Shown here one piece after another: positions 36,863 through 48,954 of a stretch of DNA of 64,000 bases; the stretch's first letter is position 1; every line of letters starts with the position of its first letter. Made by a program: the position numbers and the translations under genes. The DNA is from Hydrolagus colliei (Eukaryota): the NCBI GenBank assembly GCA_035084275.1, contig CM068771.1, positions 4,340,001-4,404,000 on the forward strand, given 5' to 3'. A model generated the notes under the pieces. It saw only the letters and a list, made by a program, of their open reading frames with translations, did not search any database and had not been told where the DNA came from.

Positions 36863-37440
36863 TTACAGTCACTCTGGATCCTGACACAGCCCATCCCCGG
36901 CTCATCCTGTCTGAGGACCTGACCAACGTGACAGGTAGAGACAAAAAGCAGCTGCTCCCTGACACCCCAAAGAGGTTTAGCGAATCTCTCGTTGTCCTGG
37001 GATCTGAGGGCTTCACATCAGGGAGACATTACTGGGAGGTGCAGGTGGGGAACAAGACTGGGTGGGTTGTGGGATTGGCCAGAGAGTCCGTCAACAGGAA
37101 ACAACCGTTCACCCAGTTACCAGAGGGTGGGATCTGGGGGGTGTGGCTGGTGGGCAAGGTCTATTACGCCCTGACGTTGCCCCGTACCATCCTGCCCCTG
37201 ACAATAATACCCGAGAGGATCGGAGTTTACCTGGACTACGAGGAGGGAAAGGTGTCAATTTGGGACGCTGATAATGATACTTGTCTCTATGGTTTCACCC
37301 ACAATTTCGCTGAGAGAATTTATCCACTCTTCAGTCCCTGGTATAATAATCAGGGGGAAAACTCTGAAACCCTGATAATCTGCCCCCTCGACTCGACCAG
37401 CCCTCGCCGCATGCCATCCATGAATGTTTCACTGTCCTAA
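36863..37440 (+). CDS. Intact B30.2 (PRY/SPRY) terminal exon of butyrophilin type, BTN-B module
   Basis: Acceptor GGTCTGATTCTCACTCTAG|TTACAGTCAC nearly identical to BTN-A 28918; open frame [30 protein letters not shown]..to stop; no signal or Ig exons found between 29453 and 33470. Confidence 0.8.
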
Positions 37441-38484
37441 TGACAAGTTCAGATCATTTTTAAGGAATTGTAACAGGTGAACTGAAATCAAAGGGGAACC
37501 CCTTTTCATATTATACTATATAACTCTATTATATTATAAATTGATATATTATAATTTATAATGTAATTATAATATAATATAAAATATTATTATATTAATT
37601 TTTATTACAATAATAATCCTTACACTTGATATAGCACTTTTCTCATCTTATCGGCGTCTCAAAGCACTTCCCAGAATACACTGTAAAGTGAATCGACTGT
37701 ATATTTGTGGGCGAAACGCGGCAGCCAATTGCGCACAGCAGCGTCCCCACAAACAGGCGTGGATTGAAATGAGGCCTCCACTCTAACTGAGGCCTAACCA
37801 AAGTTTTATAGAGTTTAGTCAGAACTTCCTGACTTTAGTACTCTATGCCCCTATTGATAAAGCCTAGTATCCTGCATGTTTTTTTTAACATGAAACACAC
37901 ATTTCTACAGATGAAGCAATACTCTGTGTGTTTGTTTCAAACCTTAGGTTGAATAAAATAATACAAAAGCGGGAATCTAATAATAATAATCCTTTCATTT
38001 CATATAGCGTCCTATCCCGTGTTCAAAACGTCTCAAAGTGCTTCACATATACTGTAAAATGGAGTGACTGTATATTTTGTTGGTGAAATAATAAATAATA
38101 ATCATACGATGTTTTTTGTCATCAATATTCTGAAAAATTTGATTAAAATTCTGTAAAAACTGACTTAGCATTGAGTGCTTGAAGACTGCTGATTAAATTG
38201 TCATTACCTTTATTATTATTTAAGGGAAATTTACTGCTGGTAAATTCCTAGGGACTGAAGGGGAATTTTCCCAAGCGCTTTCTGTTTGAAAATCAATGCC
38301 CTCTCATGCTGGGTGTTTCAATCGCTGCTTTCCCCACCTAGTTATGAGGTGAACATTGATATTATACTATGCACACAGAAGCATTCAATCCTTTAGTAAG
38401 AAAGGTAGAGATTGGACTGAGGACAGAGTCCGCGTTTGATTAAAAAATGACTTTTTAAACTCCTGCACAGCCACTTTTATGATG

Positions 38485-38840
38485 ATAATAATAATCCTTG
38501 CATTTGATCTCGAGCTTCTCACATCTTATCGACGCCTCAAAGCGCTTCACAGACTAGACTGTAAATTGAATTGACTGTGGGCGAAACGCAGAAGCCAATT
38601 GCACTCAGCGGCGTCCCCCGCAAATAGTCGTGGATTGAAATGACCAATTTTTATTATTATTATGTTGGTTTTTATTGTGTTTTATTGTGTGTTTTTTTGG
38701 AGGGATTATTATTAGGTGTGTGTGCGCGTGTGTGTGGAGTAAGGAAACTTGCCTGAGGTTTCACCCTGACCTGCCTGGATTCGAACACAGGTCTCGTGCT
38801 TGTAAGGGCAAGCACTCTAACCACTGAGCTACGGGAGCTC
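38485..38840 (-). mobile_element. tRNA-derived Deu-domain SINE
   Basis: Full-length antisense copy. Confidence 0.85.
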
Positions 38841-39836
38841 CATGGAATTGAAAGGTGAATTTGGAGGAGTGTCTCTTCAGGGCCAGCGCAGTGCGTGTGT
38901 GGAGTGAGCCAGTCGAGCCTGAGATTGTACCCGGTTTGATTGGGGGAGCAAACGCAAAATCAATTTGCATTCAATATTCTAAAGCTCTTTTATTCGATAA
39001 GAAAAGTCACATGCTTACAATAGTCAACAGTGCAACAAACAATAAGTGCTGGTCTACTCACGTAGCGGTGCTGACTGTAGTGATAATATCAACGTGAATA
39101 TCAAAGTGCCTAAGTTCCTCAGCAATCAACAGAAATATCTCTTCCTTGAGTTCATTCCAATGTACAGCCACTCGCAGAATTTACGACTCTGTTGAGCTGA
39201 TAATACCGTAGTAGGCATTGAATCAAAGGACCCAAGGTGAATCTTTAACTGTTGTGTAGGTAGCTGTATTCTTTGCCTTTTTTCCCCTTTTCTGATCTTG
39301 CTGAAACCTTCGAACAGTCGAGGTCGGGTGGCTCGAGTTAGAAAACCTTGGGTGGAAGTTCTGCCTTCCAGGAGCAGTGGATAAGGTAGTCACTCTCTCG
39401 CTAACTCGAACTGAACACCCAGATGTCCAACGCAGACTGAGCAAAGCTCAGCTTAGCAACAATTCCTTTTTTTATATATATATATCTATAGCATTGTCCT
39501 TTATTTTCAATCATCTGGATGGTCTGTGCGATTCGGAATCAATTTAACAACACTCATCCTTGTCATTTGCTCAAAACATTTTATCACACATTATCACAAC
39601 CAATCCATAATGCACATTACGCTCCGAAGTAATCCATATAATTTAGCTGATTTGGATTAGGCTTGTGGTGGCAACAAACGAATCCAATAGGAACTAAACA
39701 ATAGTGTATTTCTAATTCCAACATGGTGCACAATCGCATTCCAGACGCAGAAATTGTGCACCATGTTGGAATTAGAAATATACTATTGTGTCGTGTACTT
39801 TGATTCTCAGCGCCCACTCAACTTGATTTCAAAGTA

Positions 39837-40544
39837 TAGTAAAAGCCCGTTTATCCGGCACCCTCGGGACCTGGCCAATGCCGGTTAAACGACGTGCCCG
39901 ATATTCAATCAAATCAATCAATCAAAACTTACATTTGTATTGTGCCTTTCACGTCGAGAGGACGTCCCGAGGCGCTGTACAGTCAGGTAGGGACAAGAGC
40001 AGGGGGGGAGGGGTCGGGGCAGGATGAAGGAGAGTAGGAGAATTGACTGTATATTTGTGGGCGAAATGCGGTGGGCAGATCAACGTCAAAAATCCAATAC
40101 CCAAAAAATTAACTTATTTTAACACATACCATATTAATATTAGACTAAATAATGACAGATAATAACAGACCGTGACAGTGTTATTCACCTAAAAATTCAC
40201 CTAAAAATCACCTTTGCTGGTAGATGCCTGGTTTGAAGCCATGATGCTGGGGCAGAGGTGTACAGTCTATCTTCTACAACGGCCAGCGCGAGGGAAAAAA
40301 ACGGCAGCCTGACTTTAAAGCTTTACTAGAGGCAAGCCGAAATACTGATGCGAAGGGGAAAAAAATGGCAGCGCCACCTTCAGGCACTTGTAGCAGCATT
40401 CCGAAATACCAATACACGGGAAAAAAAATGCGCCACCGAGATTGTGCCGGATAAGATTCAGTTATTCGAATGAGGACTTTTTTTTGAGGTGCCGGTTATA
40501 CAGAAGTTACAGTTGATCAGGTCACGGAAAACAGGTTTTTACTG
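39837..40544. mobile_element. Tigger-like MITE interrupted by a SINE tail (about 39905-40075)
   Basis: Left end TA|TAGTAAAAGCCCGTTTATCCGG, right end ACAGGTTTTTACTG|TA; same family as 57422-57739. Confidence 0.75.
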
Positions 40545-40859
40545 TAATAATATTCCTTGCATTTTTTGACACAGCACATTATCAAGTTTTTAGTCATATT
40601 TTATAAAGAAAATCTCTTTGTCAATAGTGTACTACCTGGGTGAATAACTTCCCCATATTATATTTAATCTGCCACCTTCCTGCCCACTCACGCAGCGGTT
40701 CATAGGATTCAGTCCACAAAAGTAACGTAGAGTGACCGAGTATTTTGGAGGCAAACACAACAGCCAATTTTGTGGATGGCAATGCAATGCAATTTACATT
40801 TAACACACACGAAAAATGTTTTTTTTTTATAACTTGCCTTTCTCGTTGGGAGGACGTCC

Positions 40860-41245
40860 CAAGGTGTTGAACAATCAGGTCAGGACCCAAGCAGTAGGGG
40901 GAAGGGTCGGGGTAGGGGAAGGGGAAGGAGAGTAGGAGAGGTGGAGGAGTTTGGAGGGCAGCAGAAGGCACGGTCGAAGAGGAAGGCCTTGAGACTGGCC
41001 TTGAAGGAGGAAAGAGAGGAAGTGAGGTGAAGGGATTGTGGGATGGAGTTCCACAGTGTAGGAGCAGAGAGGTTGAAAGCCCGGCCACCGATGGTAGGGT
41101 GGTTTGGGCGGTGGACGTGGAGCAGGCCAGAGCCCGCTGAACGGAGGGGGCGGGCAGGCTGATAGGGAGACAACAGGTTGGTGAGATAGGCGGGGGCAAG
41201 GCCATGAATGGCCTTGAAAGTGAGGACGAGGATCTTGAATTTGAT
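40860..41245 (-). mobile_element. L2 LINE 3' end
   Basis: [59 protein letters not shown]. Confidence 0.85.
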
Positions 41246-41300
41246 CCTCTGTTGTCCACTTAGAATGTGCCATTCACACAGGAAGATGACCCAAAGTGCT

Positions 41301-44300
41301 TCATAGCCCACAAATAGCCATCAAGCCCATCATCAGTTTATTTGGGCGATTGTTAGCCAGGACACGAGGAGACCAGCAGATTGTCAGAGAATCATAATTA
41401 TCCCAACAAGGTTTAAACCTGGGACTGAAGAGAGGGTAAAGTTTCTCAGTGAAAGTTTGGGTGAAAGTGTGGAGATGAGACATGTTATCGGCATCGTAAA
41501 ATGACACCTGTCCCTCCTCATAGTCCAGGTAAACTCCCATCTTCCCGGGTCTCACTGTCAGGGGCAGGGGGATAAGATTTGTGGTCGGGGCCTTATAGAG
41601 TCCGCCCATCAGCTCCACCCCCCAGGCCCCACCCTCTGCCGACCATGTAATGTATTCGTTCCTGTTGACAGACTCTCTGGCCACCCCCACAATCCACCCA
41701 GTCTTGTTCCCCACCTGCACCTCCCAGTAATGTCTCCCTGATGTGAAGCCCTCAGACCCCAGCACAATGTAGGATTTACTAAACCTCTTTGGGTTGTCGG
41801 GGAGTTGCTGCCATTTGTCACTGAATCTCACACTGGTCAAGTCCTCAGACAGGAGGAGGTATGGATTCGCTGTGTCAGGATCCAGTGTCAGAGAGGCCGG
41901 AGCTGAGAGAGGGAGATAAAAATAACATAAGTGATTAATTGATGGAGAGATTAAATTAAGCACTGAATAAATTGGGAGTGTTTACTCTGAAGTGCTCAGA
42001 GACGTTTCCCACGTGAAGGGTGGTATATAACAACAGCAAGTTTTCATAGATTCATAGAATTTTACGGCACAAAAGGAGGCCATTCGGCCCATCTAGTCTG
42101 TGCCGGCTCTTTGAAAAGAGCGATTCAATCCCACTGCCCTGCCCGCTCCCCATAGCCTAATAGACCTGTTCTCCCTAAATAAAGATCTAATTCCCTTTTA
42201 AAAGTTGTTATGGAATCAGCCTCCACCACCTTTTCAGGCAATGCATTCCAGATTCGAACAACTCGCTGAGTGAAAAGATTTCTCCTCAGCTCCCCTCTAC
42301 TTCGCCTTGAAACTATTTTGAATCTGTGACCACGAGTCACAGATTCACCCACGAGTGGAAATAGTTTTTCTCTATTTGCCCTGTCGAAACCCCTCATGAT
42401 CTTATAAACCTCTATTAGGTCTCCCCTCAATCTTCTCTGCTCCAGAGAGAATAACCCTAGCCTATCTAGCCTCTCCTCATAGCTGAAGTCCCTCAATCCT
42501 GGCACCATCCTAGTAAATCTTCGCTACACCCTTTCCAATGCCTTCACATCCTTTCTGTAGTGTGGTGACCAGAATTGAACACAGTTGTTGTTGTTTGGTT
42601 GTTTTGGCTGCCAAGCCAGCAACCTCATCGGCTGAGCAAACAGAAAACCGTGCTGACAAATCACCCTCTCCGTGAAAATACTCACCTCGTCAACAGCAAA
42701 CCCCACTCAACGAAAATACCTGCTCCCACTCGTGAAAACAACTCTCACTTGTGTCAGCGATTCTGTGGTCTCTTTGTCTGTTAAGTGTGTGTCTCCCTGT
42801 GTCTGTGTCTGTGTTTGTGTCTGTGTCTGTGTGCGAGCCCCAAGGTAGGAGGTGGTGATTTCTACATTTCTTGGTACCTGAGATGAGGGGGATGAGCTAT
42901 GAGGATAGGTTGAGCAATCTAGGCCTATATTCTCTAGAATATAGAAGAATGAGAGGTGATTTTATAGAAACCTTTAAGATTAGTAAGGGGGCACGACAGA
43001 GTAGATAGTGGGAGACTGTTTCTCCTAGTTGGAGAAACTATAACCAGGGGTCACAGTCTTAAAATTAGGGGTCAGCCCTTTCACACTGAGTTGAGAAAAA
43101 ACTTCTTCACTCAGAGGATAGTGAATTTATGGAATTCTCTACCCCAAAGAGCTGTAGATGCTCAGTCCTTGAACATATTCAGGACTGAGATTGATAGATT
43201 TCTTGTGGATAGAGGGATTAAGGGATATGGGGATAAGGCAGGGGGCAGGTGGAGTTAGAATAGATCAGCCATGATGTTACTGAATGGCGGGGCAGGCTTG
43301 AGGGGCTGAATGGCCTACTCCTGCTCCTAATTCTTATGTTCTCATGACATGTGTCAGATCCCACTCACTCCCCACCCCCACCCCACCCACCACCCTCACC
43401 CGGCAACTGATCAAATACAACCCTTCGCATCCACACCCAGTGAGAGTTTTACAGTGAGGGAGGAGGGAAGATCTGCTTACCAAGGCTGATAATGTGCATC
43501 ATTTCTCTCCACACTGTGAGGCCTTTGGGTATCGTCAGAGTCAGATCTCCTTGTATGGCTGACGGCTCGCTCACGTCTTCACTAAATCTGCAAAGACGAC
43601 AACAACACAACAACAAGTTACCTTTGCGCCTTGGGACGCCTTGCCACCTCCTCCTGACATGAAAGGAGACAATGTAATATCGTATTGATATAACAGAAGG
43701 ATATCACAAGACACTGGAAACTTAAGGGTTTACACCTTAGCTGGGGGTTGGAATCAAGAGGGTGGAGGACAGCTGAAAGCATAGTCAAAGGGGAAGGTCT
43801 TAGCTTGCCCTTACGGAAGGCAAGGGAGGGAACAAGGAAGAGGGAACGGAGAAGAGGAGGCTGAGTGACTCTGGGATAGGGTTCCAGAGGCTGGGGGCAG
43901 AAGAGCTGAAGGCCCGACCGCCGATGGTAGAGCGGGAAGAATGGGGGATTTGAACCAGGTCAGTGGCCGCTGAGCTGATGCGGTGGACAGGTGGGTAATG
44001 TTCTAGTAGGCAGCAGTGGTAGAGAGGAAAAAAAACAGTGGAGGACTTGAAAAATGATGGAGGATTTTAACCTTCATCTTCTGAGAACTGCTTGGGACAT
44101 TCTCCTGACGTGAAAGGCGCTATACAAGTGTCATTTTGCTGTTGTTATTGTGAGGGGGGAACTAGTGAAGCAGGACGAGGGCTGATGTAATTAGTTCATA
44201 CAGGTTGGTAGGCTGGAAGAGATGAGTTAAGAGTTAGGATGTCTGTGTACCCGAGTATAGACGTGATGAATGCATGGATGAGGGTCTTGTTGGCTTGAGG

Positions 44301-47300
44301 GGAGAGGCAGTGATGGACGCAGGGGGAGAAAGGTGACTGAAGGCATGGTCGAAAAGAAAGGTTTTCAACTGAGACCTGAAACTAGGAACTAGGAAGAGTG
44401 AGGGGGAGAGGCGAAGGGAGTGAGGAAGGGAGTTCAACAGTGGCTAGGGGGCAGCAGAAAGGGCAGACTGGATCTTCCCTGACAGGTTACCAGTGATCGA
44501 GTAAAACAGTTTGTATGAAAAGAAGGTCAAACCTGCTCTTCCGAGAAGCTTCTTTCTGAAATGAAACAAAACATAGAGAGATCAAAGTTCACAGTCAGGT
44601 AATCCTCAGAATGTGGAACGATGATAGTAATAATAATAAGTAATAATCCTTGCATTTGATATAGCACATTTCACGTCTTCTAGACATCTCAAAGCGCTTC
44701 ACAGAATAGACTGTAACGTGAATTGATTGTGAATGTGTGGACAAAACAGCAGTGGCCCACAAACAGTGTGGATTTCAATTTATTATTCTTTTGTTTTGAG
44801 GGATTATTTTGGGGCATGTGAAGGAAACTTGCCCAAGGTTTCAGCCCCTGCCTGGAATTGAACCCAGGTCCATCGCTTGTAAGACGAGTGGTCTTACCGA
44901 TGAGCTACAAGACTCCACTCTCTCCAATATCCACATGATTGGCCGGCTCAGGGGGCTTTACACGAGGTAAGAAGGAGCTTTACATTTGGCGTTTCGCATC
45001 AGAAAGATGTCTCAAACGCTTCACGGGAATCACTGTAAAGTGTAGTGACTGTGTTTTCTTGAGCGAATGTAAGGGCTGATCTGAAATTTACTCTTACATT
45101 GTTAGTTTTGCAGAACCCAACAACAACAACTTTGATTTATATAGCCCCCTCACTCCACGCCGGACGGCGTCTCAGAGTGCTTCACAATCACAGATCCCGG
45201 GCCTGAGCCAGAGAAAGGTCTGAGACCTGAAACTGGGAAGAGAGGGGGCCGGGCAAAGGGAGTGAGGAAGGGAGTTCCAGAGCCTCGGGGCTCGATCCCA
45301 GACACAATTGGAAATGAGAATGGAGTTTCATTCAGATATATGAATCGTTTACGTAATTACACGATTAAGCAAACGCCCTGCTTGTTGGCCTGCCCAATTC
45401 CTCCCTCCACAGGCTGCAGATGATCCAGAACTCCTAGGCCTGTGTCCTCTACCGTTCCAAACTCCGTGGCCCCCATCTCCCCCATCCTCGCCCGACTCCA
45501 TTGTCTCCCCATCATCCAGAGGATCAAATTCAAGATCCTGGTCCTCACATTTAAAGCCCTCCACAACCTCACGCCCCCCCTCCCACCCTACATCCGTGAC
45601 CTCCTATCCCCCTTACCAACCTGTCTGCCCCCTCACCAGGCTCTGGCCTGCTCCACGTCCCCCGACCCACCTGCTCAACCATTGACGGGCGAGCCTTCAG
45701 CCTCTGGAACTCTATTCTATTCTATTATTAATATTATTATATTACACACAAACTCTTTGTCTTACCCTCAGAAAGGAGCCCTTGTCCTGTTCTTCCATTT
45801 GGCTCTTCAAAGTTGCTAATTCTCGGTGAATGTATTTTAACTCCTCTTCAAACCCCGCAAAAGCTTCCTCCATTTGGTGTAAAGTCTCCTCCTCTCGCTC
45901 TCTGAGCTCTTGCATTACACGCTGCTCTGTATGTTTGAGGCTCTGGTACATTTTAACAAACTCAGTCGCGACATCCTTCTCCAGACTGTTCGCCTGTTCC
46001 TGCAAAATGAAGTGTCAGACATCACACTGCGCACGGTAAAGAGAGAAACACGACTGAGCCCATACGTAATAAAGAATAATAATAATCCTTGCATTTGATA
46101 TCGCGCTCTTCACATCTTCTAGACGTCTCAAAGCGCTTCACAGAATACACTGTAAAGTGAAGTGACTGTATATCTGTGGGCGAAACGCGGCAGCCAATTG
46201 CGCACAGCAGCGTCCCCCACACAAACAGCCGTGGATCGAAATGACCAATTTATTATAGTTTTTATTTTGGACGGATTNNNNNNNNNNNNNNNNNNNNNNN
46301 NNNNNNNNNNNNNNNNNNNNNNNNNNNNNNNNNNNNNNNNNNNNNNNNNNNNNNNNNNNNNNNNNNNNNNNNNNNNNNNNNNNNNNNNNNNNNNNNNNNN
46401 NNNNNNNNNNNNNNNNNNNNNNNNNNNNNNNNNNNNNNNNNNNNNNNNNNNNNNNNNNNNNNNNNNGCCCAAAGTTTCGCCCTGACCTGCCTGGATTCGA
46501 ACACAGGTCTCACGCTTGTAAGGCGGGTGCTCTAACCACTGAGCTACAGGACTCCACAATAAACGTTGAGCTGCAAATTCGCCCTTTCCTCTGACTCTTT
46601 TTTTCATCTGTCATCGTAGTGGCTAAAACATCAGGTGATATTCCTGTTGCTTGCATGTGAACGTCAGTTACCTTGACGGCGAAAAGAGCCTTCGCGGCAG
46701 TGACAGCAAACAGCAAAGAAAGACACGACTGAAGTCCATGGTGGGGATGGAACCCACAACTCCCTGGCTCAGAAGTGAGAGCGCAGATCACACAACAACT
46801 TACTTTCAGAGCAGAAATCTTCTCCTTTTGCTCGAATTCAGCTCGGAGAACGGCATCCTTCCTCTTCAGAACCAACTTGAAAGATGATTTCAGTTTTTCC
46901 TACAATGGAAATTAATTTTTTTAACCGTGTCAGTGTGAGCAGAGAGTTCATACGCACCACTCTCAATGGCAAACAATGCCGTTCAGCTGATTAAACTTCA
47001 GTAGTTACCCCACATACACTCTGGGATAATAATAATAATATTACAAGCGTTAGGTCTCTATATAGCCACTCACAAACCTTGGCTTTTGCCAACTTGTGCC
47101 AGACATTCTACAAAAATCAGGTACATACCGTACTACCCTTCCAGTTACACCGGGCAATATTCCATCTTTAGTTAACATATATGTGCCAATCACAGCCTGG
47201 TTTGGATTCTCCGAAGCACAGTGATGGGTTTCNNNNNNNNNNNNNNNNNNNNNNNNNNNNNNNNNNNNNNNNNNNNNNNNNNNNNNNNNNNNNNNNNNNN

Positions 47301-48800
47301 NNNNNNNNNNNNNNNNNNNNNNNNNNNNNNNNNNNNNNNNNNNNNNNNNNNNNNNNNNNNNNNNNNNNNNNNNNNNNNNNNNNNNNNNNNNNNNNNNNNN
47401 NNNNNNNNNNNNNNNNNNNNNNNNNNNNNNNNNNNNNNNNNNNNNNNNNNNNNNNNNNNNNNNNNNNNNNNNNNNNNNNNNNNNNNNNNNNNNNNNNNNN
47501 NNNNNNNNNNNNNNNNNNNNNNNNNNNNNNNNNNNNNNNNNNNNNNNNNNNNNNNNNNNNNNNNNNNNNNNNNNNNNNNNNNNNNNNNNNNNNNNNNNNN
47601 NNNNNNNNNNNNNNNNNNNNNNNNNNNNNNNNNNNNNNNNNNNNNNNNNNNNNNNNNNNNNNNNNNNNNNNNNNNNNNNNNNNNNNNNNNNNNNNNNNNN
47701 NNNNNNNNNNNNNNNNNNNNNNNNNNNNNNNNNNNNNNNNNNNNNNNNNNNNNNNNNNNNNNNNNNNNNNNNNNNNNNNNNNNNNNNNNNNNNNNNNNNN
47801 NNNNNNNNNNNNNNNNNNNNNNNNNNNNNNNNNNNNNNNNNNNNNNNNNNNNNNNNNNNNNNNNNNNNNNNNNNNNNNNNNNNNNNNNNNNNNNNNNNNN
47901 NNNNNNNNNNNNNNNNNNNNNNNNNNNNNNNNNNNNNNNNNNNNNNNNNNNNNNNNNNNNNNNNNNNNNNNNNNNNNNNNNNNNNNNNNNNNNNNNNNNN
48001 NNNNNNNNNNNNNNNNNNNNNNNNNNNNNNNNNNNNNNNNNNNNNNNNNNNNNNNNNNNNNNNNNNNNNNNNNNNNNNNNNNNNNNNNNNNNNNNNNNNN
48101 NNNNNNNNNNNNNNNNNNNNNNNNNNNNNNNNNNNNNNNNCAAAATTACATTTATATAGCGCCTTTCACGTCGGGAGGACGTCCCAAGGCGCTGAACAGT
48201 CAGGTAGGGACCAGAGCAGGGGGCGGAGAGAGTGGGGGTAGGGAGGAGAGTAGGAAAATTGACTGTATATTTGTGGGCGAAGCGTGGCAGCCAAATTGCG
48301 CACAGCAGCGTCCCACAAACAGTCGTCTTAAGAAAGAGAGAACTGCAGTCACGTTATAAATTCCACTCTATTTTTTTTACCTTGTAGATCTCGGCGGCTT
48401 TGTCTATCGGCATGACGCTGTGCGATTTGTGATTCTCTTCCTCGGGATAAAGGAGACACATCACGCAGATCAATTTCCTGTCCGTTTCGCAGAACAGCTT
48501 CAGCTCTTCCTGATGCTCATCGCAGTAATGCTTCCTCTCTGCCCGTTTGGGGTCCAGGCTCAGGTTGCGAGCCTTCTCCGCCATGCTGGCCAGGGCCCGG
48601 TTGGGCTTCAGCTCGCTTCCCGCGCATGCCTGACGGCACTCCGGGCAGGAGCACGCCTCCTGCCTCTCCCAGAACCCCGCGATACACGAGCGGCAGAAGT
48701 TGTGGCCGCACACCAGGTAAACCGGGCTGCGGAAAAAATCCAGGCAAATGGAACAAGTGAGATCCTCCGCTAAGCTCTGGTCCTGCTCCCTGCCGGCCAT
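41301..48800 (-). CDS. TRIM-B: paralog of TRIM-A (RING-Bbox2-coiled coil-B30.2), 493 aa
   Basis: Exons 48800-48381, 46899-46804, 45999-45766, 44555-44533, 43587-43481, 41902-41301 (420+96+234+23+107+602=1482 nt, GT-AG, in frame); first five exon sizes equal those of TRIM-A. Confidence 0.93.
42055..42575 (-). mobile_element. CR1 LINE ORF2 3' end
   Basis: [51 protein letters not shown], the CR1 C-terminus. Confidence 0.9.
42880..43345 (+). mobile_element. CR1 LINE 3' end
   Basis: ATGAGCTATGAGGATAGGTTGAG..AGAGGTGAT..CTTCTTCACTCAGAGG..TTCTTATG tail. Confidence 0.85.
44630..46556. mobile_element. SINE copies (44630-44917 and 46075-46556, minus) and an L2 fragment (45420-45720, plus) in TRIM-B introns
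   Basis: Same SINE head and tail; [27 protein letters not shown] frame for L2. Confidence 0.8.
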
Positions 48801-48954
48801 GTTCTCTCCTCTCTCACTCCCACAAACTACAGTCACTGTCAGCCGTTGGAGGTGTGGCCAGACCCAGAATTCCACAGAAGCTGCTGGTTTGAGAGTTTGG
48901 GGGGACTTTAATCCTTCCCTTTGGACATCGATCAGAAGATAATAATAATAATAA

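Noticed and set aside
38960-39200. About 40-codon open frame on the minus strand (VAVHWNELKEEIFLLIAEELRHF..)
   Set aside because: Bounded by stops and not assignable to a family by eye; possibly a decayed transposon.
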